Positions 45,899 through 59,987 of a DNA stretch of 64,000 nt are shown in pieces; the first letter of the stretch is position 1; each line of letters begins with the position of its first letter. The notes below the pieces were generated by a model, which saw nothing but the letters and a program-made list of their open reading frames with translations, was not told the DNA's origin and ran no database searches. Origin of the DNA: the human T2T-CHM13v2.0 reference genome, Homo sapiens; the NCBI RefSeq assembly GCF_009914755.1, contig NC_060941.1. The stretch is one strand, 5' to 3'. A program made the translations under genes and the position numbers.

Positions 45899-48569
45899 GG
45901 GATGGTGCTATCTGGTCCAGCTACTATGCTTTTCTATGGTCTTCACAACTCACAGACCAGGAGATTCCCTCGGGTGCCTACCACCACGGCCCTGGGCTTC
46001 AAGCACAAAACTGGGTGGCTGTTTGGGCAAACACCAAGCTAGCTGTAGGAGTTTTGTGTTTTTGTTTTGCTTTGTTGTTGTTGTTGTTGTTTTCATATCC
46101 TAGTGGTGCCTGGAATGCCAGCGGCACAAAACTGTTCACTACCCTGGAAAGGGGCTGAAGCCAGGGAGCCGAGTGGTCTTGTTCAGCAGATCCCACCCCC
46201 AAGGCACCCAACAAGCTAAAATTCACTGGCTTGAAATTCTCGCTGGCAGCACAGCAGTCTGAAGTCGACCTGGGACACTCGAGCTTGGTGCGGGGAGGGG
46301 CGCCCACCACTGCCAAAGCTTGAGTAGGCAGTTTTCCCCTCACAGTGTAAACAAAGTTGCCGGGAATTTCGAACTGGGTGCGGAACCACCTCAGCACAGC
46401 AAAGCCACTGTGGCCAGACTGCCGCTCTATATTCCTCCTGTCTCGGGAGGTCATCTCTGAAAGAAAGGCAGCAGCCCCATTCAGGGGCTTACAGATAAAA
46501 CTCCCATCTCCCTGGGACAGAGCACCTGTGGGGTGGGGCAGCTGTGGGCACAGCTTCAGCAGCAGACTCAAACGTTCCTGCCTGCGGGCTCTGAAGAGAT
46601 CAACTGTTCTCCCAGCACAGCGCTCAAGCTCTGCTAAGGGACAGACTGCCTCCTCAGGTGGGTCTCTGACCCACATGCCTCCTGACTCCTCCCAGCAGGA
46701 GTCAACAGACACCTCATAGTGGAGAGCTCCGGCTGGCATCTGGCAGGTGCCCCCTGGGACAAAGCTTCCAGAGGAAGGAGCAGGCAGCAATACCCAGGCA
46801 AACAGGGTCTGGAGTGGACCTTCAGCAAACTCCAGCAGACCTGCAGAAGAGGGGCCTGACTGTTAGAAGGAAAACTAACAAACAGAAAGCAACAGCATCA
46901 ATATCAACAAAAAGGATGCCCACGCAAAAACCCAATCCAAAGGTTACCAATATCAAAGACCAAAGGTGGATAAATCCAAGAAGATGAGGAAAAACCAGCA
47001 CAAGAAAAGGCTGAAAATTCCAAAAACCAGAATGCCTCTTCTCTTCCAAAGGATTACAACTCCTCACCAGCAAGGGAACAAATCTGGACAGAGAATAAGT
47101 TTGATGAATTGACAGAAGTAGGTTTCAGAAGGTGGGTAATAACAAACTCCTCTGAGCTAAAGGTGCATGTTCTAACCCAATTCAAGGAAGCCAAGAACCT
47201 TTATAAAATGTTACAGGAACTGCTAACTAGAATAATCAGTTTAGAAAAGAACATAAATGACCTGATGTAGCTGAAAAACACAGCACGAGAATTTTGTGAA
47301 GCATATACAAGTATCAATGACCAAATGGATCAAGCAGAAGAAAGGATATCAGAGATTCAAGATCAACTTAATGAAATAAAGCGTGAAGACAAGATTAGAG
47401 AAAAAAGAATAAAAAGGAATGAACAAAGCCTCCAAGAAATATGGGACTATGTGAAAAGACCAAACCTATGTTTGATTGGTGTACCTGAAAGTGATGGGGA
47501 GAATGGAACCGAGTTAGAAAACACACTTCAGGATATTATCCAGGAGAACTTCCCCAACCTAGCAAGACAGGCCAACATTCAAATTTAGGAAATACAGAGA
47601 ACACCACAAAGATACTCCTCCAGAAGAGCAACCCCAAGACACATAATTGTCAGATTCACCAAGGTTGAAATGAAGGAAAAAATGTTAAGGGCAGCCAAAG
47701 AGAAAGGTCGGGTTACCCACAAAGGGAAGCCAGGAAGCCCATCAGACTAATAGTGGATCTCTCTGCAGATACCCTAGAAGCCAGAAGAGAGTGGGGGCCA
47801 ATATTCAACATTCTTAAATAAAAGAACTTTCAACCCAGAATCTCATATCCAGCCAAACTAAGCTTCATAAGTAAAGGAGAAATAAAATCCTTTACAGACA
47901 AGCAAATGGTGAAGGATATTGTCACCACCAGTCCTGCCTTACAAGAGCTCCTGAAGGAAGCACTAAATATGGAAAGAAAAAACTGGTACCAGCCACTGCA
48001 AAAACATACCAAATTTTAAAGTCCATCGACACTATGAAGAAACTGCATCAACTAATGGGCAAAATAACCAGCTGGCATCATAAAGACAGGATCAAATTCA
48101 CATATAACAATGTTAACCTTAAAAGTAAATGGGCTAAATGCCCCAATTAAAAGACGCACACTGGCAAATTGGATAAAGAATTAAGACCTATCGGTGTACT
48201 GTATTCATCAGACCTGTCTCACATGCGAAAATTGAGACCTATCGGTATACTGTATTCATCAGACCCGTCTCACATGCGAAGACACACATAGGCCCAAAAT
48301 AAAGTGATGGAGGAATATTTACCAAGCAAATGGAAAGCAACAAAAAAAAAGCAGGTGTTGCAATCCTGGCCTCTGATAAAACAGACTTTAAACCAACAAA
48401 TATCAAAAAAGACAAAGGGCATTACATAATGGTAAAGGAATCAATGCAACAAGAAGAGAAACCTAACCTAAGCATATATGCACCCAATACAGGAGCACCC
48501 GGATTTATAAAGCAAGTTCTTAGAGCCCTACAAAAAGACTTAGACTCCCACACAATAATAATGGGAGAC

Positions 48570-48932
<363 letters not shown>

Positions 48933-49170
48933 TCAGGACTTGAACTCAGCTCTGGGCCAAGCAGACCTAGTAGATATCTACAGAACTCTCCACCCCAAAT
49001 CAACAGAATATACATTTTTCTCAGCACCACATAGCACTTACTCTAAAATTGACCACATAATTAAAAATAAAACATTCCTCAGCAAATGCAAAAGAATGGA
49101 AATCATAACAAACAGTCTCTGAGATCACAGTGCGATGAAATTAGAACTCAGGATTAAGAAACTCACTCAA

Positions 49171-49458
49171 GGCTGAATATGGTGGCTCACATCAGTAATC
49201 CCAGCACTTTGGGAGGCCGAGGCGGGCAGATCATGAGGTCAGGAGATGGAGACCATCCTGGATAACATGGTGAAACCCCGTCTCTACTAAAAATACAAAA
49301 AAAAATTAACCAGGCATTGTGGCACGTGCCTATAATCCCAGCTACTCAGGAGGCTGAGGCAGGAGTGAGCCCAGGAAGTGGAGGTTGCAGTGAACCGAGA
49401 TCACACCACCGCACTACAGCCTGGGCGACAGAGCAAGACTCCATCTCAAAAAAAAAAA
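49171..49458 (+). mobile_element. Chimeric AluS lacking its own TSD (Alu2 of the trio)
   Basis: Left flank equals the Alu3 left flank; right flank equals the Alu1 right flank. Confidence 0.85.
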
Positions 49459-49720
49459 GTGGGAGACTTTAACACCCCACTGTCAATATCAGACAGAACA
49501 ATGAGACAGAAAATTAACAAGGATATTCAGGACTTGAAATCAACTCTGGACCAAGTGGACCTAATAGACATCTACAGAACTCTCCACCTGAAATCAACAG
49601 AATAAACATTCTTCTCACTACAACATAGCACTCTAAATTTCACCACATAATTGGAAGTAAAACAGTCTCTCAGATCACAGTGCAATCAAATTAGAACTAA
49701 GGATTAAGAAACTCACTCAA

Positions 49721-50023
49721 GGCCAGGCACGGTGGCTCATGCCTGTAATCCCAGCACTTTGGGAGGCCGAGTGGGCAGATCACAAGGTTAGGAGATCGAG
49801 ACCATTCTGGCTAACACGGTGAAGCCGTGTCTCTACGAAAAATACAAAAAATTTAGGCAGGCATGGTGGCAAGCGCCTGTAATTCCAGCTGCTCAGGAGG
49901 CTGAGGCAGGAGAATCGCTTGAACCCAGGAGACAGAGGTTGCAGTGAGCCAAGATCACGCTACTGCACTACAGCCTGGGTGACAGAGCGAGACTCTGTCT
50001 CAAAAAAAGAAAGAAAGAAGAAA

Positions 50024-50084
<61 letters not shown>

Positions 50085-50100
50085 AGAAAGAAAGAAAGAA
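49721..50100 (+). mobile_element. AluSc-like element with tail expanded to (GAAA)n (Alu3 of the trio)
   Basis: Alu body, then (aaga/gaaa)n at 50008-50100, then actcaaaaccacacaac resuming L1. Confidence 0.9.
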
Positions 50101-53100
50101 ACTCAAAACCACACAACTACATGGAAACTGAACAACCTGCTCCTGAATGACTATGGGTAAATAACAAAATTAAGGTAGAAATAAATAAGTTATTTGAAAC
50201 CAATGAGAACAAAGACACAATGTACCAGAATCTCTGGGACACAGCTAAAGCAGTGTTTAGAGGGAAATTTATAGCACTAAATGCCCACATGAGAAAGTGG
50301 GAAAGATCTAAAATCGACACCCTAACATCACAATTTAAAGAACTAGAGAAGCAACAGCAAACAAATTCAATAGCTCACAAAAGACAAGAAATAACTATGA
50401 TCAGAGCAGAACTGAAGGAGATAGAGACACAAAAAATCCTTCAAAAAATCAATGAATCCAGGAGCTGATTTCTTGAAAAGATTTACAAAATAGAGCACTA
50501 GCCAGACTAATAAAGAAGAAAAGAGAGGAGACTCAAAGAGACACAATAAAAAATGATAAACGGGAGATTACCACTGATCCCACAGAAATACAAACTACCA
50601 TCAGAGAATACTATAAACACCTCTACTCAAATAAACTAGAAAATCTAGAAGAAATGGGTTAATTCCTGGACACACACACCCTCCGAAGACTAAACCAGGA
50701 AGAATTCGAATCCCTAAATACACCAATAGCAAGTTCTGAAATTGAGGCAGTAATTAATAGCCTACCAACCAAAAAAAAAGCCCAGGACCAGACGGATTCA
50801 CAGCCAAATTCTATCAGAGGCACAAAGAGGAGCTGGTACCATTCCTTCTAAAACTATTCCAAACAATAGAAAAAGGTAGACTCCTCCCTAACTCATTTTA
50901 TGAGGCCAGCATCATTCTAATGCTAAAACTGGGCAAAAACATAACAAAAAAAGAAAATCTCAAGCCAATATCCCTGATGAACATTGGTGCGAAAATCCTC
51001 TATAAAATACTGGCAAACCGAATCCAGCACCACATTACAAAGCTTATCCACCACAATCAAGTCGACTTCATCCCTCGGATGCAAGACTGGTTCAACATAA
51101 GCAAATCAATAAATGTAATCTATCACATTAATAGAACCAATGACAAAAACCACATGATTATCTTGATAGATGAAGAAAAGGCCTTCAATAAACTTCGACA
51201 CCTCTTCATGCTAAAAACACTCAATAAACTAGGTATTGATGGAACGTATCTCAAAATAATAAGAGCTATTTATGATAAACCCACAGATAATATAATACTG
51301 AATGGGCAAAAGCTGGAGGCATTCCCTTTGAAAACCGACACAAGACAGGGATACCCTCTCTCACCACTGCTATTCAACATAGTATTGGAAGTTCTGGCCA
51401 GAGTAATCAGGCAAAAGAAAGAAATAAAGCATACTCAAATAGGAAGAGAGGAAGTCAAATTGTCTTTGTTTGCAGATGACATGATTCTATATTTAGAAAA
51501 CCCCATCGTCTCAGCCCAAAAACTCCTTAAGCTGATAAGCAACTTCAGCAAAATCTCAGGATACAAAATCAATGTGCAAAAATCACAAGCATTCCTATAC
51601 ACCAATAATAGACAAGCAGAGAGCCAAATCATAAGTGAACTCCCATTCACAATTGCTACAAAGAGAATAAAATACTTAGGAATACAACTTACACGAGATG
51701 TGAGGGACCTCTTTAAGGAGAACTACAAACCACTGCTCAAGGAAATAAAAGAGGACACAAACAAATGGAAAAACATTCCATGGTAATGGATAGGAAGAAT
51801 CAATATCATGAAAATGACAATACTGCCCAAAGTAATTTATATATTCAATGCTATCCCCATCAAGCTACCATTGACTTTCTTCACAGAATTAGAAAAAACT
51901 ACTTTAAATTTCATATGGAACCAAAAAAGAGCCTGCATAGCTGAGACAATCCTCAGCAAAAAGAACAAAGCTGAAGGCATCATGCTACCTGACTTCAAAC
52001 AATACTACAAGGCTACAGTAGCCAAAATCCATGGTATTAGTACCAAAACAGATGTATAGACGAATGGAACAGAATAGAAACCTCAGAAATAACACCACAT
52101 ATCTACAACCATCTGATCTTTTACAAACCTCACATAAACAAGCAATGGGGAAAGGATTCCCTATTTAATAAATGGTGTTGGGAAAACTGGCTAGCCATAT
52201 GCAGAAAACTGAAAGTGGACCCCTTCCTTACACTTTATACAAAAATTAACTCAAGATGGATTAAAGACTTAAACATAAGACCTAAAACCATAAAAACCCT
52301 AGAAGAAAACCTAGGCAGTACCATTCAGGACACAGGCATGGGCAAAACCCCTATCAAAAAGTGGGTGAAGGATATGAACAGACACTTCTCAAAAGAAGAC
52401 ATTTAGCTAACAAACATATGAAAGAAAGCTCATCATCACTGGTCATTAGAGAAATGTAAATCAAAACCACAATGAGATACCATCTCACACCAGTTAGAAT
52501 GGCAATCATTAAAAAGGCAAGAAACAACAGAGGCTGGAGAGGATGTGGAGAAATAGGCACATTTTTACACTGTTGGTGGGACTGTAAATTAGTTCAACCA
52601 CTGTGGAAGACAGTGTGGCAATTCCTGAAGGATCTAGAACCAGAAATACCATTTGCCCCAGCAATCCCATTACTGAGTATATACCCAAATGATTATAAAT
52701 CATTCTACTATAAAGGCACATGCACACATATGTTTATTGCAGCACTGTTTGCAATAGCAAAGACTTGGAACCAACACAAATGCCCATCAGTGATAGACTG
52801 GATAAAGAAAATGTGGCACATATACACCATGGAATACTATGTAGCCATAAAAAAAATGAGTTCATGTCCTTTGCAGGGACATGGATGAAGCTGGAAACCA
52901 TTATTCTCAGCAAACTAACACAAGAACAGAAAACCAAACACTGCATGTTCTCACTCATAAGTGAGAGCTGAACAATGAGCACACATGGACACAGGGAGGG
53001 GAACATCACACACCAGGGCCTGTCAGGGAGTAGGGGGATACAGGAGGGATAGCATTAAGTGAAATACCTAATGTAGATGACGGGTTGATGGGTGCAGCAA

Positions 53101-53189
53101 ACCACCATGGCACGTGTATACTTATGTAACAAATTTGCACGTTCTGCACATGTACCCCAGAACTTAAAGTATAATTTTTAAAAATAGGC

Positions 53190-53324
53190 CATATCAAATA
53201 GCCTAGATGTATAGTAAGCTATATGATCCAGGTTTAAGTACACTCTACAATGTTCACACAATGACAAAATTACCTAGTGGTTCATTCCTCAGAACCTATC
53301 CCCATTGTTAAATGACAATAACAG
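53190..53324. mobile_element. Single terminal fragment of a Tigger3/Golem-like DNA transposon
   Basis: atagcctagatgtatagtaagctata...gtacactctacaatgttcacacaatgacaaaattaccta...ctcagaacctatccccattgttaa. Confidence 0.65.
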
Positions 53325-53492
53325 GATTCATGTTTTGGTAAAAATTAAAAACAAAATTTAACAAAAAAAAGAGAGCAAAAAGGAAAGATAAAACACAGCA
53401 TGTGACAAAATATTTATACCATATCCACTCAATAAATGATAAACTCCTGATACATATATATCTTATATAAGTTTATAGAAAATAATCTCCAC

Positions 53493-53494
<2 letters not shown>

Positions 53495-53533
<39 letters not shown>
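53495..53533. repeat. (TATC)n tetranucleotide microsatellite
   Basis: Direct inspection, ~9 units. Confidence 0.92.
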
Positions 53534-54985
53534 ACACTAGTCAGAACATACGTCCAAAATCTATAAAACACTAAGAAATTAACAACCATGAAGAAGTATG
53601 GGTAGAAGACTTGAACAGGCATCTTATGAAAAAGGAAAAAGGAACAACCAATGCCTATTAGACATTAGTCATCAAATAAATGCAAATCTAAAACATAAAT
53701 ACATACCAGTACAATTCAGAAGGTTCACAATATTAGGGTCAAGCAGGAGTCACTACTGGTTGTAAAATGTTGAAACACTGCTTTTTTCTTTCTACTAATG
53801 CTGATTATAAGTGTTTCCTATGACGTGGCAATTTCACTCCTACATATATTCCCAGAGGGAAGAATTTGAATGCCACATTCCCATATAAGAAATATTCATT
53901 TTCAAATCCTTACCAGACTAGAATAAATTTGGCTAGCTTCGAAGCCATTCATTCTTTTTAAGATGCCTGTGCATAACTTTGCTCTGTTTCTTTTTGTGTA
54001 ACTTTGAAGTTCCAAGGGCAATCTAATCTTATTTTTCTATCCAAAGCCATCCCTCTGTAGGGTCTAAATAGTGATATTTCTTACATGTTAGTGTAAACTT
54101 TCACTTCATTCATTTCTGCCATAATATTTAAGAACCGATAATGATATTCTGTCATACACGTCTACTTATATTCTCAGGAAACTCAGTGTTTACTTTCCAC
54201 TCTCTTCAAAAATCTACATGTAAAACTCAGTGCAATAGGCCTGTTGTTAGAGAGCTGCATGGGCTCTCATGTTTTATGTGTTTGTTAATCAAGTGATAAT
54301 CTGATACCACTGTCTCGTTATTTGGGATCCACCAATCACACTTTCCCCCAGGTTCTCCTCAATGAATTTAACTGATACCTACATATGCTGATGTAATTTC
54401 CTCCTCCTATAATTTGAGTTGCAGATTAAAGACAATTCCTCACTCACGTTTTCTAGATTAACACAATATTGTTGTAGAAATGACTAAGTACAGATTTCAG
54501 ATAATTGGGCTAGACTTCATTGTTTCTGTCAAAGTAGATAAGAAAGACTACAACTGGGCTACAAGTATCTCCTGGGAGTTCCCCCCATGGGGTGTGTGTG
54601 TTTGAAAGGGACCCATGGGATAGTCTAGTGCCCCTGTTGAAAAAAGAACTGTTGATCCCCAAGCCCACACTCTGCAATAGAACTGCTAGAGTATTTCATG
54701 GGGCATGAAATTGCCTTTAGAAAAACCAATACAGGGGGTCACATCAAGGTCAAATTGGGCACAGAAGGGTAGGAATTTTGCTATATTCGGAATTTCTTTA
54801 CTTAGAGAAGGTAGAGGAAATAGAGTAAGAATAGGAGAATATATTTTTGGAATGCAATGATAGTAAATATCCTAAACAAAATATAAGTAAATAAAATCCA
54901 ATGGCATATACATATGATCGTAACCACATGAATTGTTTTCAGAAATGCAAGACTGGGCTAATATTTGAACATTAATCAACTTTTA

Positions 54986-55284
<299 letters not shown>

Positions 55285-56206
55285 TCATAACATTATTTCA
55301 GCTTATAAAGAAAAAGCATTTTGTAAATTTCAGTACATTTTCAGTTTTCTGTCTCTCAGAAAATAAGGAATAGAACAAGCCCTGTTGCTATGATGAAATG
55401 AATCTACAAAAAAGACAGAAAGCATCGTAATTAATTGTGAAATACTGAGAGTTCTCCTTTCTATCCAACGAATATAAAAAGATATACACTACACCATTCT
55501 ATTAGACATTGCCCTGGAGGGTCTACCCCTGGACAAGGGCCAAAAAAAAAGCAAGATTAAAAATACTCTTATAAAGCGAAGAAAACTATTACTATTTTTT
55601 ATGAGTCATGACTGCACATGTGCAATTTTCTGTCACACCAAAAAAAAATACAAAAAGTATTAGAATTAACAAGCTAGGACCAGAACTCAGCTTGATTTGC
55701 CCGAATCTAGAGCACTTACGTCACAGAGAGTCCCATGCTGGTAAACCCTTCAGTCCCAGGCAAATCAGGGTAAATGGCAACACCATCACAGAGACACTCG
55801 ATGCTTTCTGAATCCCAGTGGACTCCTTTTTCTACCCACCTGCTTTGGTCTAGCTCTGCATTTTGGAATACATTGTGCCAAACACCCTTTCCCTAGTGAG
55901 TGTAATAGAACTGGAAGACACAGGTGGAATAGTTTGTAGCGAGAAAGATGCTTGTTACTCTTGAATCAGACTTTTGTGGGTAAATAGGCTTGGTGCCGGG
56001 CACGGATTCAATGCATCACTGTGAACATAACAGCATCACGCGACTGCCCACAGACATTTCCCAGTCTACATACAGTCAACCATGAGGCTGGACAGAGAGA
56101 ACTATCTGCTTCCCGGATCACCAGGAACTATCACATGACCAGATGATGGTCAGAGCAGGAATGATGCTGGTGATGAGACTGCCTTCCTTTTATCTGAAAC
56201 AAAGTT

Positions 56207-56382
56207 TTTATGAGTAATTCTCAATTAAGAAACAGATTAAACCCTTACTTTCAAAAGATTCATAAGATTTCAGAAACAACTTCCCCTTTGACAATCGCAA
56301 AGGGAGTATGGAAAACAGTGTAAACAACAACAAGGAAAAGTCCTGCTGATTGGTGGAAACTTTGGAGGCCAGATGTATAAAA
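56207..56382 (+). promoter_or_regulatory. KRTAP9-2 promoter: TTTATGAG (HOXC13-type), TAAACAACAACAAGGAAA element, inverted CCAAT, TATAAAA 56376-56382
   Basis: Motifs read directly; factor assignments are inference. Confidence 0.75.
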
Positions 56383-56458
56383 GGTCCAGATTGCAAGGGG
56401 TCATCAGATTCTGGGAAACTCACCTCTGAACAGAAGCCCACCCTCCACCCCTGACACC

Positions 56459-56983
56459 ATGACCCACTGTTGCTCCCCTTGCTGTCAGCCTACATGCTGC
56501 AGGACCACCTGCTGCAGGACCACCTGCTGGAAGCCCACCACTGTGACCACCTGCAGCAGCACATCCTGCTGCCAGCCCGCCTGCTGTGTGTCCAGCTGCT
56601 GCCAGCCTTGCTGCCGCCCAACTTCCTGTCAAAACACCTGCTGTAGGACCACCTGCTGCCAGCCCACCTGTGTGACCAGCTGCTGCCAGCCTTCCTGCTG
56701 CAGCACACCCTGCTGCCAGCCCACCTGCTGTGGGTCCAGCTGCTGTGGCCAAACCAGCTGTGGGTCCAGCTGTGGCCAGAGCAGCTCCTGTGCACCTGTG
56801 TACTGCAGAAGAACCTGCTACTACCCCACGACTGTCTGCCTGCCTGGTTGCCTAAACCAGAGCTGTGGCTCCAACTGCTGCCAGCCGTGCTGCCGCCCAG
56901 CCTGCTGTGAGACCACCTGCTGCAGGACCACTTGCTTCCAGCCCACCTGTGTGTCCAGCTGCTGCCAGCCTTCTTGCTGCTGA
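56459..56983 (+). CDS. KRTAP9-2: Keratin-associated protein 9-2, 174 aa
   Basis: KRTAP9 N-terminus and [31 protein letters not shown] core; length and position match. Confidence 0.92.
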
Positions 56984-57429
56984 TCACGTTCCAAGAGAAC
57001 CACCATCCTCACACAACAAATTTCTGCTCAACTGACTCATCTTTTGGGGGACTAATTTAATTTGCTGCTGACAGCCACCATGCTCTCACCCAAATTTTTA
57101 TGAATTCTCTACATGTTTAAAATCTTGGAAATCTGCTTGAGGGAGGGCAGAATACTTCATCCTGATTCTCTTTTTCCTTACACCTTGTGGATCATGTGCC
57201 AGCTTCATCTGTTCTCAAGTTTGAGTCATGGTCTCAGCTTTGACTCTAAAGTCAAGAGCTTCATTCCCTGCTTCTAAGGAATTTAGGTTTCTGCAACTGA
57301 TCGATGATCTTTGCAATCTTTTTTTTGTTTTCAATATCCTCCTCATCGTTCTTGTATCCTTCTTTCTTCTTTTCATGATAAATTTGTGTTGTGTCCCTGG
57401 TAGCAGAAATCCTTACCTATATGTTTCTG

Positions 57430-57435
57430 AATAAA
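57430..57435 (+). terminator. Polyadenylation signal of KRTAP9-2
   Basis: AATAAA with downstream gtgttttgtttt; conserved in KRTAP9-3. Confidence 0.78.
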
Positions 57436-59110
57436 TTCTGAACCATCCTCATCTCATATAGTGTTTTGTTTTATTTGAAAGCACTCCTGATATGGGATTT
57501 ACACACATATCACATACCATAGTTATTATCCAATTTGATTCTCAAAACAGGTGGTCATGCATTATTACCTTCATTTTTCACCTGAAAAAAAAATTAATAT
57601 GTGATGTTATGTAGCTAATAAAGGACAGATTCTGATCCAAGCTGAGGTCCTCTCTTTCTGCCCAAGGACACTTACATTTAACTCTCAACATAGTAGAAAT
57701 GACATTGGAAGTCAGCACTAGCAAGACATGCACTTGAGTTTATTTAACAATGAGAGAAATAATCTCTCATATTTGCAAATAATATTTTTATTCACAAAAA
57801 AATCCCAAATTATTTTTTCCCACACCTCAGTGAGCAACAGCTGCATGACATGGCAGCAGGGATTGCATTTAATGGCTGCCCTGAATGCAGGGATCTTTTT
57901 GTCTCAGCCTCTGACCAGCCAATCATTCAATTCATCCGCATCAAAAAGATGCTTGAGAATTCATTATATCATCATAAGAGAGAGTCTCATCTGAAGTGAC
58001 TTATTCTCAGTATGATGTAAATAAAATTCTTACACAGCCTCCCCCTCCTGAATACCTGTTGACAAAGTCAATGAAACTAAGTTATTCCTTGTAAAATACA
58101 GACCACACCTTATGCCACATTAAGACAATTTGTCCCCTAATCGAAATGTTATGAGGAAAATTAAGTAAGGAATTAAGCTGGGAATTGAGAAAGTACGCAA
58201 TGGGTATGTAAGACGTGGCACAATCCATAATCTCTAAACCAAGGAAGGGAATGAAAGAACCTTCTGAATTTTGTAAGACCAATATGAGGCATCTAAAGAA
58301 ACTGAAAACGGTGTTTGCAGGGAAATCAGAAGAATGTAAGAAAGGAGCAAAGTAGAACGTGTGCATTCATAGAAGTCATGATAGACAGAGGTTGGTGCTT
58401 TTGGTTCTGAACTGGTGCAAGCTAAGCATTCACTCAGGGAAAGATAGATTGATACTGGCTCTGAGAGAAATACAAAGTTTGGGGACCTGGGTCACCTTCT
58501 TGCGACCTCCTACCAGCATGGGAGTGGTAGAAATACCTCTGATGAGCTAACAATGTAGATTTCCATGACAGATGCCAACTTCTGAGACTGTGAATCTAGA
58601 ATGCTCTGAAGACTTGGCTGAGGGATGAAGGCCACTTACTGTGATCATCGTTCAGGGATGAAGTAAAGGACATGAAAACTAGGACATTCCTTTTGACTAG
58701 CATCAGTTATGAAAGGTGAATAAGTTCAGCATGTCTACTGTACAGTAGTGTCACTATAGTTGTAAACACTGTATCATACACCTGAAATTTGCCAAGAAGT
58801 TAGATCTTATATGTTCACACCACAAAAATAAAAAGGAAATGGTAACTACGTGGGCTAATAAACATGTTATTCACAATGGATATATATATTAGAGCATCAT
58901 CTTCCATACCTGAAATAGACACAATTTTTATTTGTCAATTACACCTCAATACAGCTCGAAAAAGTATTTGGTTGATCTGGTTAATTATTACAAAAATATT
59001 CTTATCTTCAACATTAAAATTAGAAATTTTCTGAACAAAAACACTAATTCTGGGCTGCCTGCTATAGGAGACATATTGGCTAAATGCTTTGTGTACACTA
59101 TTATTAATTC

Positions 59111-59405
59111 TTTTTTTTTTTTTTTGAGATGGAGTCTTGCTCTGTCACCCAGGCTGGGGTGCAGTGGTACAATCTTGACTCACTGCAAGCTCTGCCTCCC
59201 TGGTTCATGCCATTCTCCTGCCTCAGCCTCTCGAGTAGCTGGGACTATAAGCACCCGCCACCACGCCCGGCTAATTTTATGTATTTTTAGTAGAGACGGG
59301 GTTTCAACATTTTAGCCAGGATGGTCTCGATCTCCTGACCTTGTGATCCGCCCGCCTCGGCCTCCCAAAATGCTTGGATTACAGGCGTGAGCCACTGCAC
59401 CCGGC
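59111..59405 (-). mobile_element. AluY
   Basis: Antisense AluY; TSD tattattaattcttt. Confidence 0.9.
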
Positions 59406-59987
59406 TATTATTAATTCTTTAACAAACTTTCAAAACAGGTATTAATGTTCCCTTTGTAGAGATGAAAAAATTGAGGCTGAGAGAGTTAGTGTATTGTCAT
59501 AGATTAGTTTCTCCCAGAAGAGACTCTGAGGAAAGCATTCCAGTGAAACTAGTTTATTCGGAAGTGCAGATCACACTGGTAGGGATTGGGGAAGTGATAC
59601 AGAAAAGGGTACACTATCAAGTCAGTATCACAGTCACCAACTAAAGCTTAAACTAAAGGGAAAACTATCAGAAATGACAAAAAAACACACAGCTAGAGTT
59701 ATCCTACTTCAGGAATGAGGAAGCTAGAGTCTTTATAAATCAGCTCTCCAGAATCATTGGTTGAGAGTTTTTCTCTGTGTTGCATTCACAGGTGACATGA
59801 CTTCTTACAGCAGCAATACAAGAGCTCTTAGGCACAGAGATGCAGATTCTAACAGATGGAAATTAGTCCAAGCACACTAAGATCTAATATATATGGGTGC
59901 AGTCATGAAAACTTACCTATGATCTACAATTAGCTCCACTCAAGTAAAACCTTTGCTACTTAAATGTGATGGACAGGCACAAGCTCT

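Larger units (their letters stand above)
55672..58213 (+). repeat. KRTAP9 duplication unit, copy A (paralogous to ~61511-64000)
   Basis: Promoter, CDS, 3' UTR and 3' flank align to the KRTAP9-3 region; ATG-to-ATG offset 5844 bp. Confidence 0.9.

Noticed and set aside
45999-46790. 263-aa minus-strand ORF
   Set aside because: Lies wholly in the GC-rich 5' UTR of the old L1, has no ATG at the listed start and no recognisable domain beyond weak ORF0-region similarity
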